A stretch of 64,000 bases of DNA, taken from positions 40,273 to 104,272 of the forward strand of contig JASFLY010000008.1 in the NCBI GenBank assembly GCA_050117845.1, read 5' to 3'. How positions within the stretch are numbered: the first letter of the stretch is position 1; every line of letters begins with the position of its first letter. The translations under genes were made by a program, and so were the position numbers. This document shows positions 22,465 through 33,001 of the stretch, in pieces. This DNA is from Candidatus Zixiibacteriota bacterium. GTDB lineage: Bacteria; RBG-13-66-14; B26-G2; WVWN01. The notes under the pieces are model-generated. The model ran no database searches, had not been told where the DNA came from, and was given only the letters and a program-made list of their open reading frames with translations.

Positions 22465-23127
22465 TTAGAAGTAAAGCGCTTTTACGCGGCCGATGCTCGA
22501 AGGAGAGACAGCCGGGTTGTTCTCGTTGTCCATTACGACGCGCATCATGATGTTGTAGTAACCCGTGCTGTTCGAGTTCGGGGACCAGGTGCCACCGTAG
22601 TAAACCCACGAGTGGTTGAGGAAGGTCGGGTTGTTGTCGACGACGTGCGGGTCGCAGTTCGGGTAGTTGTAGTACTGCTCCATGGCCGGCACGAAAGCCT
22701 TGAGGCCGGAGGGGAGTATCCAACCGACGGGGATTTCTTTCCAACCGTTCGAACCGGTCGGTACGTACCATTCGGGGCCCCAGAGCATCGAACCCGGGAC
22801 GCCGCCGGAGAAGGAGTATACGCCGACACGGAAGCCGTCCCATACGCCGTTCGGCCAGCTGGGATAGCAGTACAAACGGATCGTGCGGATGTACGGGTAG
22901 CTCTTGACGGTGCTAATGTTGAAATCGTTACCGACATACGTCCCGGCACCGGTGTACCAGGCGATACCGTAGGAACTCGAGCCCGAATCCCAGGACAACT
23001 CTACCGTAGCGTCGTTCGCGGGTTCGTTATTCGAGAACTCGGGGGGGGCTTTATCGACGGCCATGTCAGCCGCCCAGGCACCGGCTACTAAAGCTAACAG
23101 GCCGGCAAACAAAGCAAAATTCTTCAT
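22465..23127 (-). CDS. Secreted hypothetical protein with conserved C-terminal motif
   Basis: Signal peptide MKNFALFAGLLALVAGAWA; ends VSPSSIGRVKALYF. Confidence 0.8.
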   Translation of the reverse strand: MKNFALFAGLLALVAGAWAADMAVDKAPPEFSNNEPANDATVELSWDSGSSSYGIAWYTGAGTYVGNDFNISTVKSYPYIRTIRLYCYPSWPNGVWDGFRVGVYSFSGGVPGSMLWGPEWYVPTGSNGWKEIPVGWILPSGLKAFVPAMEQYYNYPNCDPHVVDNNPTFLNHSWVYYGGTWSPNSNSTGYYNIMMRVVMDNENNPAVSPSSIGRVKALYF

Positions 23128-23340
23128 TGGCAAAGACCTCCTAATTTATCTTCCGCCGGCTCAGGGGCCAGCAACGATTTGGAAAATTTCCCCCGGCGGT
23201 GCACGCCGAGGCTCCTAAAGTAATATTTAACATTGTAGACGCCTAAATGTCAAGGGAAAAATGGGAGAAGGCGCTTTTTTCGCCGTTCATACCTTGATAA
23301 TACCTCGCCTGAAAGGCGATTCGCCCGTCCCGGAGGAGCC

Positions 23341-24744
23341 TCAGGCACCCCCGGCGCCAACTCGCCTTTTCCACCTGACACCCTCGGCGGTATCCTCGAG
23401 GACTATACCCATCGCGGCCAGGCGGTCGCGGATTTCGTCGGCCCGGGCGAAGTTTTTCTCCTTTCGGGCCTCTTCCCGGTCGGCGATAAGCTTCTCGATT
23501 TCAGCGTCCAGTACGACCGGCGCCGGGTGGAAAACGTCCAGAATCCTGTCAAACGAATCGAGCGCTTCGATGATTTCGCTACGGCCTATCCCCGATAGCC
23601 GCCCCTCGTCCATGGCCCGATTGGCCTCCGTAACGAGGTCGAAAACGGCCGCCAGCGCTTCGGCTACGGCCAGGTCGGCGTCGAGCGCCGCTTCGAACTC
23701 GGCCGCGGCGTCTCGAATTTGCTCGGCCAAATCGTCCGGGCCTTCCCCGTCGTATTCGGTGACGCGTCGGTAGAAATCGCTGAGGCGCGTTACCGAGGCC
23801 GCCGCGGCGCCCAAGCCGTCGAGCGTAAAGTTCAACTGCCTCCGGTAATGCGTCGAGATGAGCAGATAGCGTATGGCCAGCGGATCGTTGCCCTGGGCCA
23901 GGAGGTCGGGCAGGGTGTAATAATTGCCCAGCGACTTCGACATCTTCTGGCCCTCGACGATGAGGTGCTCGGAATGCATCCAGAGGCGCGCGAACGGTTT
24001 CCCCGTCGCCGCCTCGCTTTGGGCTATCTCGTTCTCGTGGTGGGGGAAGATGTTGTCCACGCCCCCGGTATGGATGTCGAAAGTCTCTCCCAAGTACTTC
24101 ATCGACATGGCCGAGCATTCGATGTGCCACCCGGGGCGCCCCGGCCCCCAGGGGGAATCCCACGAAGGTTCCCCTTCGCGGGCGGTCTTCCACAACGCGA
24201 AGTCGCGGGCTTCCTCTTTGGCGTATTCGTCCACGTCGACGCGGGCGCCGGGCTGGAGCGAGTCGGGGTCCATCCCGGAGAGTTTGCCGTACTCGGGGAA
24301 CGTCGAAATGCGGAAATAAACCGCGTCCTCCGAAGTGTACGTGTGGCCCGCGGCCTCGAGCTTTTGGGTCAACGCCACCATTTCGGGGATGTGCTCCGTC
24401 GCCCGCGGGTAGTGTTCCGCGCGCTGGATGCGGAGCGTATCGAGGTCTTCGAAGAAAGCGTCGACGTAGGGTCGCGTGTACTCCGCGAGCGGCACGCCCT
24501 CCTCCCGGGAGCCGCGTATGGTTTTATCGTCTATGTCCGTCAGGTTCATAACCTGGAGGACCTCGAAACCTTTCCACGCGAGGTAGCGCCGGAGGAGGTC
24601 TTCGAACATAAAGGTGCGGAAGTTGCCGATGGTGGCGTGATCGTACACCGTCGGGCCGCAGGTATACATCCGAACCTTCCCGGCCTCGAGGGGCTCGAAA
24701 GGCTCCATCTGCCGGGTCATCGTGTTGTAAAAATTTATAGCCAT
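23341..24744 (-). CDS. cysS: Cysteine--tRNA ligase
   Basis: MYTCGPTVY, PGWHIECSAM, FPHHENE, KMSKS. Confidence 0.97.
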   Translation of the reverse strand: MAINFYNTMTRQMEPFEPLEAGKVRMYTCGPTVYDHATIGNFRTFMFEDLLRRYLAWKGFEVLQVMNLTDIDDKTIRGSREEGVPLAEYTRPYVDAFFEDLDTLRIQRAEHYPRATEHIPEMVALTQKLEAAGHTYTSEDAVYFRISTFPEYGKLSGMDPDSLQPGARVDVDEYAKEEARDFALWKTAREGEPSWDSPWGPGRPGWHIECSAMSMKYLGETFDIHTGGVDNIFPHHENEIAQSEAATGKPFARLWMHSEHLIVEGQKMSKSLGNYYTLPDLLAQGNDPLAIRYLLISTHYRRQLNFTLDGLGAAAASVTRLSDFYRRVTEYDGEGPDDLAEQIRDAAAEFEAALDADLAVAEALAAVFDLVTEANRAMDEGRLSGIGRSEIIEALDSFDRILDVFHPAPVVLDAEIEKLIADREEARKEKNFARADEIRDRLAAMGIVLEDTAEGVRWKRRVGAGGA

Positions 24745-24834
24745 ACGCTATTCCCCGGATTTTTAGGGGCGCCATATTAACAAAAAAAAGCACCCGATTA
24801 AAGCGTAAAAAACGATTTTCCGCCGTCCCACGGT

Positions 24835-24863
24835 TTGACCGGGGAGCAGAAATTATTTATAAT
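24835..24863 (+). promoter_or_regulatory. Sigma70-type promoter of grpE-dnaJ
   Basis: TTGACC-17nt-TATAAT. Confidence 0.7.
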
Positions 24864-24907
24864 AGCGTTTATCGGACCCACGCTCGATCAACCGGAGTTG
24901 TCAAACT

Positions 24908-25477
24908 ATGAAGAATAGAAGAGATAGGGTCGAGATACCTATCGGCGACGACGAGCCGGAAGGACGGCCCGCCCCGAAAGACGAAATTGAAGAACGGCTG
25001 GTCCGGGCTGAAGAGGAGGCCCGGGCGGCGAAGGACGAGCTTCTCCGCCGAATCGCCGACCTCGACAACACGCGCAAGCGCCTCGCCCGCGAGCACGACC
25101 GGGCTTGCGCCGCCGCGGCCCAGGGGATAGTGGAGCAGCTCCTGCCGGTGCTCGACGACCTGACGCGGGCCATCGACGCCGCGGACGCCGACGAGGCCGT
25201 CCCCCAGCACCACGTCGATTCCATCCGCATGCTGGACCGGAAGATCTACGAGGTCCTGCGCAACGAGGGCCTGGAGGTAATCCGCGCCCAACGCGGCGAC
25301 CCGTTCGACCCGGAGGTCCACGAGGCCGTGGCCGCGGCCTGCGACCCCGAGTTGCCCGAAAACGCCATCGTCGCGGCCTGGGACCCGGGCTACAAGTTCA
25401 AGGGCGTCCTCTTAAAACCCGCCCGGGTGGAGGTCTGCGTGGCGCCGCGCGAAGGGGGCGAGGGGCCGGCGGCTTAG
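24908..25477 (+). CDS. grpE: Nucleotide exchange factor GrpE
   Basis: LRRIADLDNTRKR, LLPVLDDL, FDPEVHEA, GY...LKPARV. Confidence 0.93.
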   Translation: MKNRRDRVEIPIGDDEPEGRPAPKDEIEERLVRAEEEARAAKDELLRRIADLDNTRKRLAREHDRACAAAAQGIVEQLLPVLDDLTRAIDAADADEAVPQHHVDSIRMLDRKIYEVLRNEGLEVIRAQRGDPFDPEVHEAVAAACDPELPENAIVAAWDPGYKFKGVLLKPARVEVCVAPREGGEGPAA

Positions 25478-25495
25478 GCCGCTTTGCGTACCGGT

Positions 25496-26608
25496 ATGGC
25501 GGACAACAAGGATTTCTACGCGACGCTCGGCGTGCCCGAGAAAGCTTCGGACAACGACATTAAAAAGGCTTATCGCCAGCTCGCGATGAAGTACCACCCC
25601 GACCGCAACAAGGAGGACGGCGCGGCCGACAGGTTCAAGGCCATCAACGAGGCCTACCAGACGCTGTCCGACCCCAAGAAGCGCCAGGAATACGACATGC
25701 TCCGCAAGTACGGCGGCGCGTTCACCGGGCCCGGCGGCCCGGGGGCCGGGGGTTTCGACTTCTCGCAGTACGGCCAGCCGGGCGGCGGCCAGTCCGTCGA
25801 GTTCGACCTGGGTGACCTCGGCGGCCTGGGCGGCCTCTTCGACCAGATTTTCCGAGGGGGCGGGAAAGGAGGTCGGCAGGCCGAGCCGACCACGAATAAC
25901 GACATCGAGATGAACATCGACGTGCCGTTCTCGACCGCGGTCAAGGGCGGGACGGCCAAGATAAACCTGGGCCGGGAGGAACCCTGCCTGACGTGCGCCG
26001 GCACCGGCGCCGCCCCCGGGACCCAGCCGCGAACCTGCCCTCAGTGCGAGGGCCGCGGCACCGTCGTCATGGGGATGGGGAAGTTCGGCGTAACGCGGGC
26101 CTGCCCCACCTGCGCCGGCAAGGGCACCGTCGTCGACACCCCCTGCCCGGACTGCAAGGGAAAGGGCTCCCGCCGGGCCAGGCGGCCGCTCAAGGTCCGC
26201 ATCCCGTCCGGCATCAACGACGGCGGCGTCATCCGTGTCAAAGGAGAGGGGAACGTCGGGCCGGGCGGCCTGCGCGGCGACCTCTATATCACCGTTCGCG
26301 TGAAGGAGGATAAGCACTTCCGTCGCGAGGGGCTGGACACCTACGGCGAGGTCGAGCTGAATTTGTCCGAGGCCGTGCTGGGAGCGAAGAAGGAAGTCGA
26401 AACGGTTCAGGGTAAAGTAAAAATAAAAATACCGGCGGGGATTCAGGCTGGGAAGAAGATACGCATAAAGAAAAAGGGCGTCCGCGACGAGCGGACGGGC
26501 CGCGTCGGCGACCACTACGTCCTGGTGAAAGTGGACGTTCCCAAGAAGATGACGCGGGAGCAAAAAGAGCTCTTCGAGAAGTACGCCGCGGCCATGGGGT
26601 GGACCTAA
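25496..26608 (+). CDS. dnaJ: Chaperone DnaJ
   Basis: J domain with HPD, G/F-rich region, four CxxCxGxG repeats. Confidence 0.95.
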   Translation: MADNKDFYATLGVPEKASDNDIKKAYRQLAMKYHPDRNKEDGAADRFKAINEAYQTLSDPKKRQEYDMLRKYGGAFTGPGGPGAGGFDFSQYGQPGGGQSVEFDLGDLGGLGGLFDQIFRGGGKGGRQAEPTTNNDIEMNIDVPFSTAVKGGTAKINLGREEPCLTCAGTGAAPGTQPRTCPQCEGRGTVVMGMGKFGVTRACPTCAGKGTVVDTPCPDCKGKGSRRARRPLKVRIPSGINDGGVIRVKGEGNVGPGGLRGDLYITVRVKEDKHFRREGLDTYGEVELNLSEAVLGAKKEVETVQGKVKIKIPAGIQAGKKIRIKKKGVRDERTGRVGDHYVLVKVDVPKKMTREQKELFEKYAAAMGWT

Positions 26609-26609
26609 C

Positions 26610-27701
26610 GTGCCGCGTGGGAGGCCGAGTATGGGGAGAGGACCCGGGAGGGGAAGGCTGTACCTGGCCGCCGTGGCGGCGGCTGTGTTCCTGGCGGCCG
26701 GCGTCGCTGGCGCGTGGATCGTCGAGGACGTTCCGTACGAACCCGCGAAGATAGCGAACAAGGACTTCCAGCGGGGCATGACGTATTTCCCGGTCGACCG
26801 GATGTTCGACCCGGGGTCGAAACAACTTAAGAACGTCGACCGCATGCTCGCCACCGGCGCCGAGTGGGTGGCGCTTGTGCCCGTCTGGTACCAGCGGGAC
26901 AAGTCCGCCACGGCCATAAGGCCGGACTCGATTAAAACTCCCTCCGATAAATGCGTGCGGACCGTCATCCGCTATCTCCACGAAAAGGGCGCCAAGGTGA
27001 TGCTGAAGCCGTACGTAGACAGCCACGACGGCACCTGGCGCGCGAAGTTCGAGCCCACGAGCACCTTCGCGTGGTTCAATTCGTACCGGGGTTTTATGAA
27101 CCACTACGCTGACATGGCGGCCGAGGAGGACGTGGAACTCCTCTGCGTCGGCTGCGAGTACAGTTGGTGCGACGAGGCCGAGTACGATTCCTGGGAAGTC
27201 GTCATGGATTCCGTGCGCTCGCGCTACGACGGCGAGATAACGTACGCGGCGGACTGGAAGAACTACCGGGACGTTTGCTTCTGGGAACTCGTCGACTTCG
27301 TCGGCGTCGACGCCTATTTCCCGCTCTCGGATGAGGACGACGTCGCGCTCTCGGATCTGGTGAAGACCTGGGACTACCGACTGGGCCGGATGGGCGATTG
27401 GCGCCGCGACGCCCGGTTGACCGATAAAAAGATAATCCTCACGGAAGTTGGTTATCAATCGCGGCCGGCGTGCTGGAAGACGCCAGCCTTCACCAAGGAC
27501 GAACGGCCGGACGCCAAGGCCCAGGACGTCTGCTACCGAGCTCTCCTCATGACGGCGCCGGGCCGCGCCTGGCTGGCCGGCATTTACGTCTGGTCCTGGG
27601 ACAACTGGAGCCCCAACTCCGGCGGCCTCAACGACAACAAGTGGACGCCCAAGGGCAAGCCGGCCGAAAAAACCCTCTCCGATTTTTACAAAGGCGACTG
27701 A
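26610..27701 (+). CDS. Secreted glycoside hydrolase, GH113-like TIM barrel
   Basis: VMLKP, LCVGCE, ITYAADW, GVDAYFPL, TEVGY motifs; signal peptide. Confidence 0.75.
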   Translation: MPRGRPSMGRGPGRGRLYLAAVAAAVFLAAGVAGAWIVEDVPYEPAKIANKDFQRGMTYFPVDRMFDPGSKQLKNVDRMLATGAEWVALVPVWYQRDKSATAIRPDSIKTPSDKCVRTVIRYLHEKGAKVMLKPYVDSHDGTWRAKFEPTSTFAWFNSYRGFMNHYADMAAEEDVELLCVGCEYSWCDEAEYDSWEVVMDSVRSRYDGEITYAADWKNYRDVCFWELVDFVGVDAYFPLSDEDDVALSDLVKTWDYRLGRMGDWRRDARLTDKKIILTEVGYQSRPACWKTPAFTKDERPDAKAQDVCYRALLMTAPGRAWLAGIYVWSWDNWSPNSGGLNDNKWTPKGKPAEKTLSDFYKGD

Positions 27702-27719
27702 CGCCGCACCGGGAACTTA

Positions 27720-29657
27720 ATGGAAGAAGCGGGCGAAGCCGGGAAAGGCCGCCGCGGGCCGGCGCTAATGCTGGCCGCCGCCGCGGCCGTTTTGTTCTTC
27801 GTCCTCTACGCCCGGACGGCCTGCCCCGGGGCTTACTGGCAGGACTCGGGCATATACGTCCGATCCGTTTGCCTTCTGGGCAACTGCTATCCCCCCGGTT
27901 ACCCCGTTTACCTCTGCGCCGCCCACCTCTTTACCGCCATCCCGGCCGTTGACGCCGTCGCGGGCCTTAACCTCTTCAGCGCCGCCGCGGGCGCCGCTGC
28001 GGCCTTCTTCGTGGTCCTTCTTTGCCGGCGGCTCTTCCCGGCGGACGGCTGGGGTGCCGTCGGCGCGGCGGTCGCCGCGCTCGCGCTGGGCGCGGCGCCG
28101 GCGGTCTGGGCGCAGGCCACCGTGGCGGAGGTCTACACGCTAAGCTTGGCGCTGGCGGCCGCGACCGCCTATCTTCTCGTGCGTTGGGGCGGGGGGCCGG
28201 ACGGCAGGCCGCTTCTCGCCGCGGCCTTCGTCTACGGCCTGGCCTGCGGCGTTCACCCCCAGCAGGCCGCGTTCCTCCCGGCGTACGTCGCGTACGTCCT
28301 GTGGGCGGGAGGCCGGCGCGCGTTGTCGCCCCGGCTCTTGTGCGGGATGGCGGCCGCCTTCGTCCTAGCATTCTCCGCTCATTTATATCTACCCATCCGT
28401 TCGGCCGCGGGCGTGGCGGCGGATTGGGGAAAGCCGGACACGCTGCGAAACTTCTTCTACCACCTGACGGGGAGGACCTACGGCCGGGAGCTTTTCTCGG
28501 CCTCGGCGGCGCTGGTCGGCGCCCGGGGCCGCCTGGCCGCGGACCTGTTCCACGGCCAGTTCGGCTGGCTCGGCCTCGTCGCCGGGGCGGCCGGCGCCGT
28601 CTGGCTTTTCGCGCGGCGCCGGAAGGCCGCTGTCCTCGTCTTCGGCGCGGGGGCATTGGCGGCCGCGTTTATCCTGAACTACTACTCCGCCAACTGGCGC
28701 AGCTGGTACGTCGCGCTCTACATGGCCTGGGCGCTCGGGTGCGGCGCGGCGGCGGCCTGGCTCTGCGGAAGGGCGGCGGCCTGGAGAAGGCCGGCCGGCG
28801 TAGTCCTCGCGGCCGGGGCTATCGTCTTGGCCTCGCTGCCGCTCGCGTCCCGCTTCGGTCCCGCGGACCGTTCGGATTACCCCTACGCCGACGACGCGGC
28901 CGGGAACGCCCTCCGGCTCGTCGGGCCGCGAGCCACTTTTATTACGAGTTACGAGGGCAGCGCGCTGGTTGGGCCCGTGGCGGCGCTCGTCACGGCGCGC
29001 TACGGCCGGCCCGACGTCTACTTCGTTGACGGCGCGGGGACGCGCCTCTTCCACGACTTCTTCGAACTCATGGCCGCCGCGGATCGGGACGTGGGCGCGA
29101 CGGTACCGACGGACCGCTACGTCGAGGCTTTTCTGGCGCTCGTCGGCGACCGCTCGCGCGATTACTATATGCTCTACCCGTTCACGCCGCTCCGTTCGTA
29201 CGGTTACGGGTACGAGAAACGCGCGCGGCTGTGGCGGCTCGTCCCGCCGGGCGGGGGCGTGGTGGGCCGGGACTGGTGGGCGTTGTACCGGCGCCGGGGC
29301 CTGGAACCGGAGCCTCCGGCGTACGTCGACTACTGGGGCGGCACCATCCTCGCGTCCCAATATATAGACGAGGCGGGCGAGCGACGCGCCGCGGGGGACG
29401 AAGGCCGGGCCGTTTTCTGCCTCGCGACGGCCGAACATCTGGGCCGCCGGTCGGAGAGCGGCCAGTTAAAACTCGGCGTATACGCGGAATTGCGGGGCGA
29501 CCTCGACGCGGCGCTCCCGCACTACCGCCGGGCCGTCGCGCTCGACCCCACGTTCCGGGGCGGCCGGGAGAACCTGGTGCGGGCGTACGAGGCGACGGGG
29601 GACGAAGGCCGGGCGGCCGAGGAGGCCGCGGCCCTCTCGGCGCTCTACCCGGAGTGA
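27720..29657 (+). CDS. DUF2723/TMEM260-like GT-C glycosyltransferase with C-terminal TPR
   Basis: YxRT...DSG...LGxxYPPGYP, WAQATVAEVYTL, DWGKP; multiple TMs; TPR-like YRRAVALDP. Confidence 0.8.
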   Translation: MEEAGEAGKGRRGPALMLAAAAAVLFFVLYARTACPGAYWQDSGIYVRSVCLLGNCYPPGYPVYLCAAHLFTAIPAVDAVAGLNLFSAAAGAAAAFFVVLLCRRLFPADGWGAVGAAVAALALGAAPAVWAQATVAEVYTLSLALAAATAYLLVRWGGGPDGRPLLAAAFVYGLACGVHPQQAAFLPAYVAYVLWAGGRRALSPRLLCGMAAAFVLAFSAHLYLPIRSAAGVAADWGKPDTLRNFFYHLTGRTYGRELFSASAALVGARGRLAADLFHGQFGWLGLVAGAAGAVWLFARRRKAAVLVFGAGALAAAFILNYYSANWRSWYVALYMAWALGCGAAAAWLCGRAAAWRRPAGVVLAAGAIVLASLPLASRFGPADRSDYPYADDAAGNALRLVGPRATFITSYEGSALVGPVAALVTARYGRPDVYFVDGAGTRLFHDFFELMAAADRDVGATVPTDRYVEAFLALVGDRSRDYYMLYPFTPLRSYGYGYEKRARLWRLVPPGGGVVGRDWWALYRRRGLEPEPPAYVDYWGGTILASQYIDEAGERRAAGDEGRAVFCLATAEHLGRRSESGQLKLGVYAELRGDLDAALPHYRRAVALDPTFRGGRENLVRAYEATGDEGRAAEEAAALSALYPE

Positions 29658-29888
29658 GAATAGGGCCGGGCCGGCCGTTTTGACTTGTAAAGGGTCGCGC
29701 GAACGGTTACAATATAAGCGCCCGGTAGGGCGTAAAATGCCCTTCCGGAGGATATAATCGGAATCGCGTCGGCGAACGATTCGCGACGCGTTAAAGACCG
29801 GCGGCGCCAAGCACTCGGCGTCGCCGTCCCGCCGGAACGTAAACGTTTCCCAAAAAGGTATAATCGTTCATACTAGGTTCTTTGTGCT

Positions 29889-31205
29889 ATGAAAATACTA
29901 ACGCTTAACTGCGGCAGTTCGTCGCTCAAGTATTTGTTCTTCGACGCCGCCGAGGAGCGCGTTATTGCCCGTGGCGCCGTGGAGCGCATCGCGGTCGGGG
30001 GCGCATTCATTCTGCACCGCTCCGAGGGAGCGGCCGGGGAGAAGCCTATTCGCCGGGAGTGCGATTGCCCCTCGCACCGGGAGGCCATCGACCTCGTCCT
30101 GGAAACGCTGACGAGCGGCGGGGGCGCCGTCATCGGCGACCTCGAGGAAATCGCCGCCGTCGCGCATCGCGTCGTCCACGGCGGGGAAGAGCTGAACCGG
30201 TCCGTCCTTATCGACGACGGCGTTTTGAAAATCATCCGCGACTGCATCGGCCTGGCTCCCCTGCACAATCCGCCGAACATCGCCGGCATCGAGGCCGCCC
30301 GGTCGCTGTTGCCGGACGTCCCCCACGTCGCCGTCTTCGATACCGCCTTCCACCACACGATGCCCGACTACGCGTACATTTACGCCCTGCCGTACGAGTG
30401 GTACTGCGACCTGGGCCTGCGGCGCTACGGCTTCCACGGCACGTCGCACCTCTACGTCTCCCGGCGGGCCGCGGCGCTTCTGGGAAAGGAACCGGGCGAG
30501 GTCAACGTCATCACGCTCCACATCGGCAACGGCGCCAGCGCCTGCGCGGTGCGGCAGGGCGTCTCCGTCGATACGTCGATGGGCCTGACGCCGCTCGAGG
30601 GCCTCGTCATGGGTACGCGTTCGGGCGACGTCGATCCGGCGATCCCGTTCCAGGTCACCAAGGACCTCCCCCTCGCCCCGCCGGAGGTATACAGCATCCT
30701 CAACCGCCGCAGCGGCATCCTGGGCCTGACGGGGATGTACGCCGACCGGCGGGACGTGATGGAACACTACAAAGAGGACGCGGCCTGCACCGACGACGAT
30801 TCCGAGGAACCCGGCTCGGCCTACCGCTGCAAGCTGGCTTTCGAGGTGGAGAGTTACCGCCTGAAGAAATACGTGGGGGCGTACGCCGCGGCGCTGGGCC
30901 GGGTGGACGCCATCGCCTTCACCGCCGGCGTGGGCGAGAACTCGCCGGAGGTGCGGGCGCTCGCGCTCGAGGGCCTGACGGCCATGGGCATCGAGGTGGA
31001 CGCTGACCGGAACGACGAGGCCCCGCGCGGCGCGGAGGTCGAGATATCGTCCGCGGCCTCGGCCACGAAGGTCTTCGTCATTCCCACCGACGAGGAGCGC
31101 GTCTTCATCGAGGACACCGTGGCTCTGTTGAACGGCACGTACGACCTGCCGGACCGCTTCGTGTACTCCTTCCAGAAGGCGGACTACCGCGTCGGCGCGA
31201 AGTAA
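29889..31205 (+). CDS. ackA: Acetate kinase
   Basis: LNCGSSSLK, HRVVHGG, LAPLHNP, FDTAFH, RRYGFHGTSH, FTAGVGEN, IPTDEE. Confidence 0.96.
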   Translation: MKILTLNCGSSSLKYLFFDAAEERVIARGAVERIAVGGAFILHRSEGAAGEKPIRRECDCPSHREAIDLVLETLTSGGGAVIGDLEEIAAVAHRVVHGGEELNRSVLIDDGVLKIIRDCIGLAPLHNPPNIAGIEAARSLLPDVPHVAVFDTAFHHTMPDYAYIYALPYEWYCDLGLRRYGFHGTSHLYVSRRAAALLGKEPGEVNVITLHIGNGASACAVRQGVSVDTSMGLTPLEGLVMGTRSGDVDPAIPFQVTKDLPLAPPEVYSILNRRSGILGLTGMYADRRDVMEHYKEDAACTDDDSEEPGSAYRCKLAFEVESYRLKKYVGAYAAALGRVDAIAFTAGVGENSPEVRALALEGLTAMGIEVDADRNDEAPRGAEVEISSAASATKVFVIPTDEERVFIEDTVALLNGTYDLPDRFVYSFQKADYRVGAK

Positions 31206-31225
31206 CTGCTATATATCGTAGATTT

Positions 31226-31252
31226 AAAAGCGGCCCCGCGGGGCCGCTTTTT
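31226..31252. terminator. Intrinsic terminator
   Basis: AAAAGCGGCCC-CGCG-GGGCCGCTTTTT. Confidence 0.75.
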
Positions 31253-31397
31253 ATTTTGGGGAAATCCGCCCGTCCGGCCGCTGCGGCGGGGACACGTTGG
31301 GGCTTGATTTTCCGGCGCCGGGAGGGTATTAATAAAGGGTGAGCGGCCGGCGGGCGCGGGCCGCATCGATAACGCACTCCCGCGAGGAGGATAGGTT

Positions 31398-32048
31398 ATG
31401 CTCAAGCGTTTGGCGCTTTTCGCGGCGGCCGCGGCACTGCTGTTCCTGGTCGTCTCCTGTTCGGAAGACGAAGAGGAAAACGGCGGGGGCGGAACGCCGC
31501 CTCATAACGAGAAGGAGACCAGCGTCGTCTTCGTCGGCGCCTCCATCACCGAGGCCTGGAGTTTCAGCACCTACTTCAACGGCTACAACTTCCACAAGGT
31601 CGTTCACTACGACTGGGTGAAGAGCGACGCCTGGAACGAGGTCCCGCCCCACAGCCCCAAGATTGTGGTGGTTAAGGAGTGCGCGGCCTATTTCGACCTG
31701 GGCGGCGATACGCCCTTCAACGAATTCTACGCCGAGATCCGCAAGATGGTGGGCCTTATTCAGGGCATCAACGCCACGCCGGTCCTCGCGACGACGGTCC
31801 CGGTGGACCCGGGCTTCGGCGGCTGCACGCAGGCCCAGCTCGACGACATCCGCGAGTTCAACGACTGGATACGGAATTATTGCACGGCCCAGGGTTTCGT
31901 TTGCCTCGACCTCGCGGCGGCCATCGAGGACGGCCAGGGCCAGCTCCCCCGCGACTGCCACGACGGCGACGGCCTGCACCCCAACGAGAAGGGCTACAAC
32001 ACGCTCAGCCCCATCGTCCTCCCGGCGCTCCGGGACGCGGGGCTGTAA
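31398..32048 (+). CDS. SGNH/GDSL-like hydrolase lipoprotein
   Basis: Lipobox VVSC; VFVGASIT; DGLHPNEKGY. Confidence 0.8.
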   Translation: MLKRLALFAAAAALLFLVVSCSEDEEENGGGGTPPHNEKETSVVFVGASITEAWSFSTYFNGYNFHKVVHYDWVKSDAWNEVPPHSPKIVVVKECAAYFDLGGDTPFNEFYAEIRKMVGLIQGINATPVLATTVPVDPGFGGCTQAQLDDIREFNDWIRNYCTAQGFVCLDLAAAIEDGQGQLPRDCHDGDGLHPNEKGYNTLSPIVLPALRDAGL

Positions 32049-32070
32049 CCCCCCCCAATATGTAATGAAG

Positions 32071-32096
32071 AAGCCGGCCTGCGGGCCGGCTTTTTT
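32071..32096 (+). terminator. Intrinsic terminator
   Basis: AAGCCGGCC-TGCG-GGCCGGCTTTTTT. Confidence 0.75.
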
Positions 32097-32121
32097 ACCT
32101 TTATTCGTCCTGCGAAGGCGG

Positions 32122-32817
32122 CTACTTCCAATTAATAAAGAAATTCATCTGAGGGTAGAAGTCGTCGCGGGCGAAGACGTAACCGACATTGTCGCCTTCA
32201 GCGTCCACTATTTTAAGAGGGTAGTTGCAATCTATACGGCCTAAGGACGCCGGGGCCGTTACGGTGAACGTCGTGAACGCGCCGCCGAGACCCCAGAAAC
32301 GTTCCTTCCCTAAGAGGTACGTGAACGTCGAACCAGTCGTCGGTTGTTCGTATTGAACCCGGACCTTCGTCTCAACCCGGGCCGCCGCGTGAACGTCGAA
32401 CGCTATCTTTTTCTTTTTCCACTCGAACGTGATTTCTTCGCCGGCGCCGTCGGCCACGCTTACGTTCTCCGCCGGGCCGAGGCCGCGGCCTTCCCCGAAT
32501 GGACAGGCCGCCGCGAAGGTTTTCGCTTTGTCGGCGTCATTGAGGAAGACGTACTCGGCGGATACTGCTACGCGGCCATCGTATACGGCGATGTCGACGG
32601 ATTCCTCGGCGAGTCGGAACGTCGCGTCCGGGACGACGACGCTCAAACCGTAAGCGGCGTAAGTCGCGGCGGCGGTAATGCCGAGTACGATCGCGGCTGT
32701 ACCGAGGAGTAAAGCCCAACCCCAACCTTCGAGGCTGTCGCCCTGCGCGTAGGAGGGCGACGCCGCGAAGGTTAAAACTAAAACCACGATTAACGCCAAT
32801 TTGCAATACTTGTCCAC
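32122..32817 (-). CDS. Exported/membrane hypothetical protein (DUF4424-like)
   Basis: Signal peptide plus TM segment; EESVDI...VSAEYVFLN, VRVQYEQ, FTYLL; start uncertain. Confidence 0.55.
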   Translation of the reverse strand: MDKYCKLALIVVLVLTFAASPSYAQGDSLEGWGWALLLGTAAIVLGITAAATYAAYGLSVVVPDATFRLAEESVDIAVYDGRVAVSAEYVFLNDADKAKTFAAACPFGEGRGLGPAENVSVADGAGEEITFEWKKKKIAFDVHAAARVETKVRVQYEQPTTGSTFTYLLGKERFWGLGGAFTTFTVTAPASLGRIDCNYPLKIVDAEGDNVGYVFARDDFYPQMNFFINWK

Positions 32818-33001
32818 TAAAGGGATTTTATTACGGAAAGGGTAAATTCGCAATAGGCCGACGCTATAAATCACGCGGTACGAGATAACCAGTATTGGTA
32901 TGTGAATAGTTTCGGTTATAAAACCCGCCCTTTATTTTTCGGGCGGCTTTTTTTATAATGGGCGGGATAGAAACCAACCGCTTTTCCGGGAGCCGGTACT
33001 T

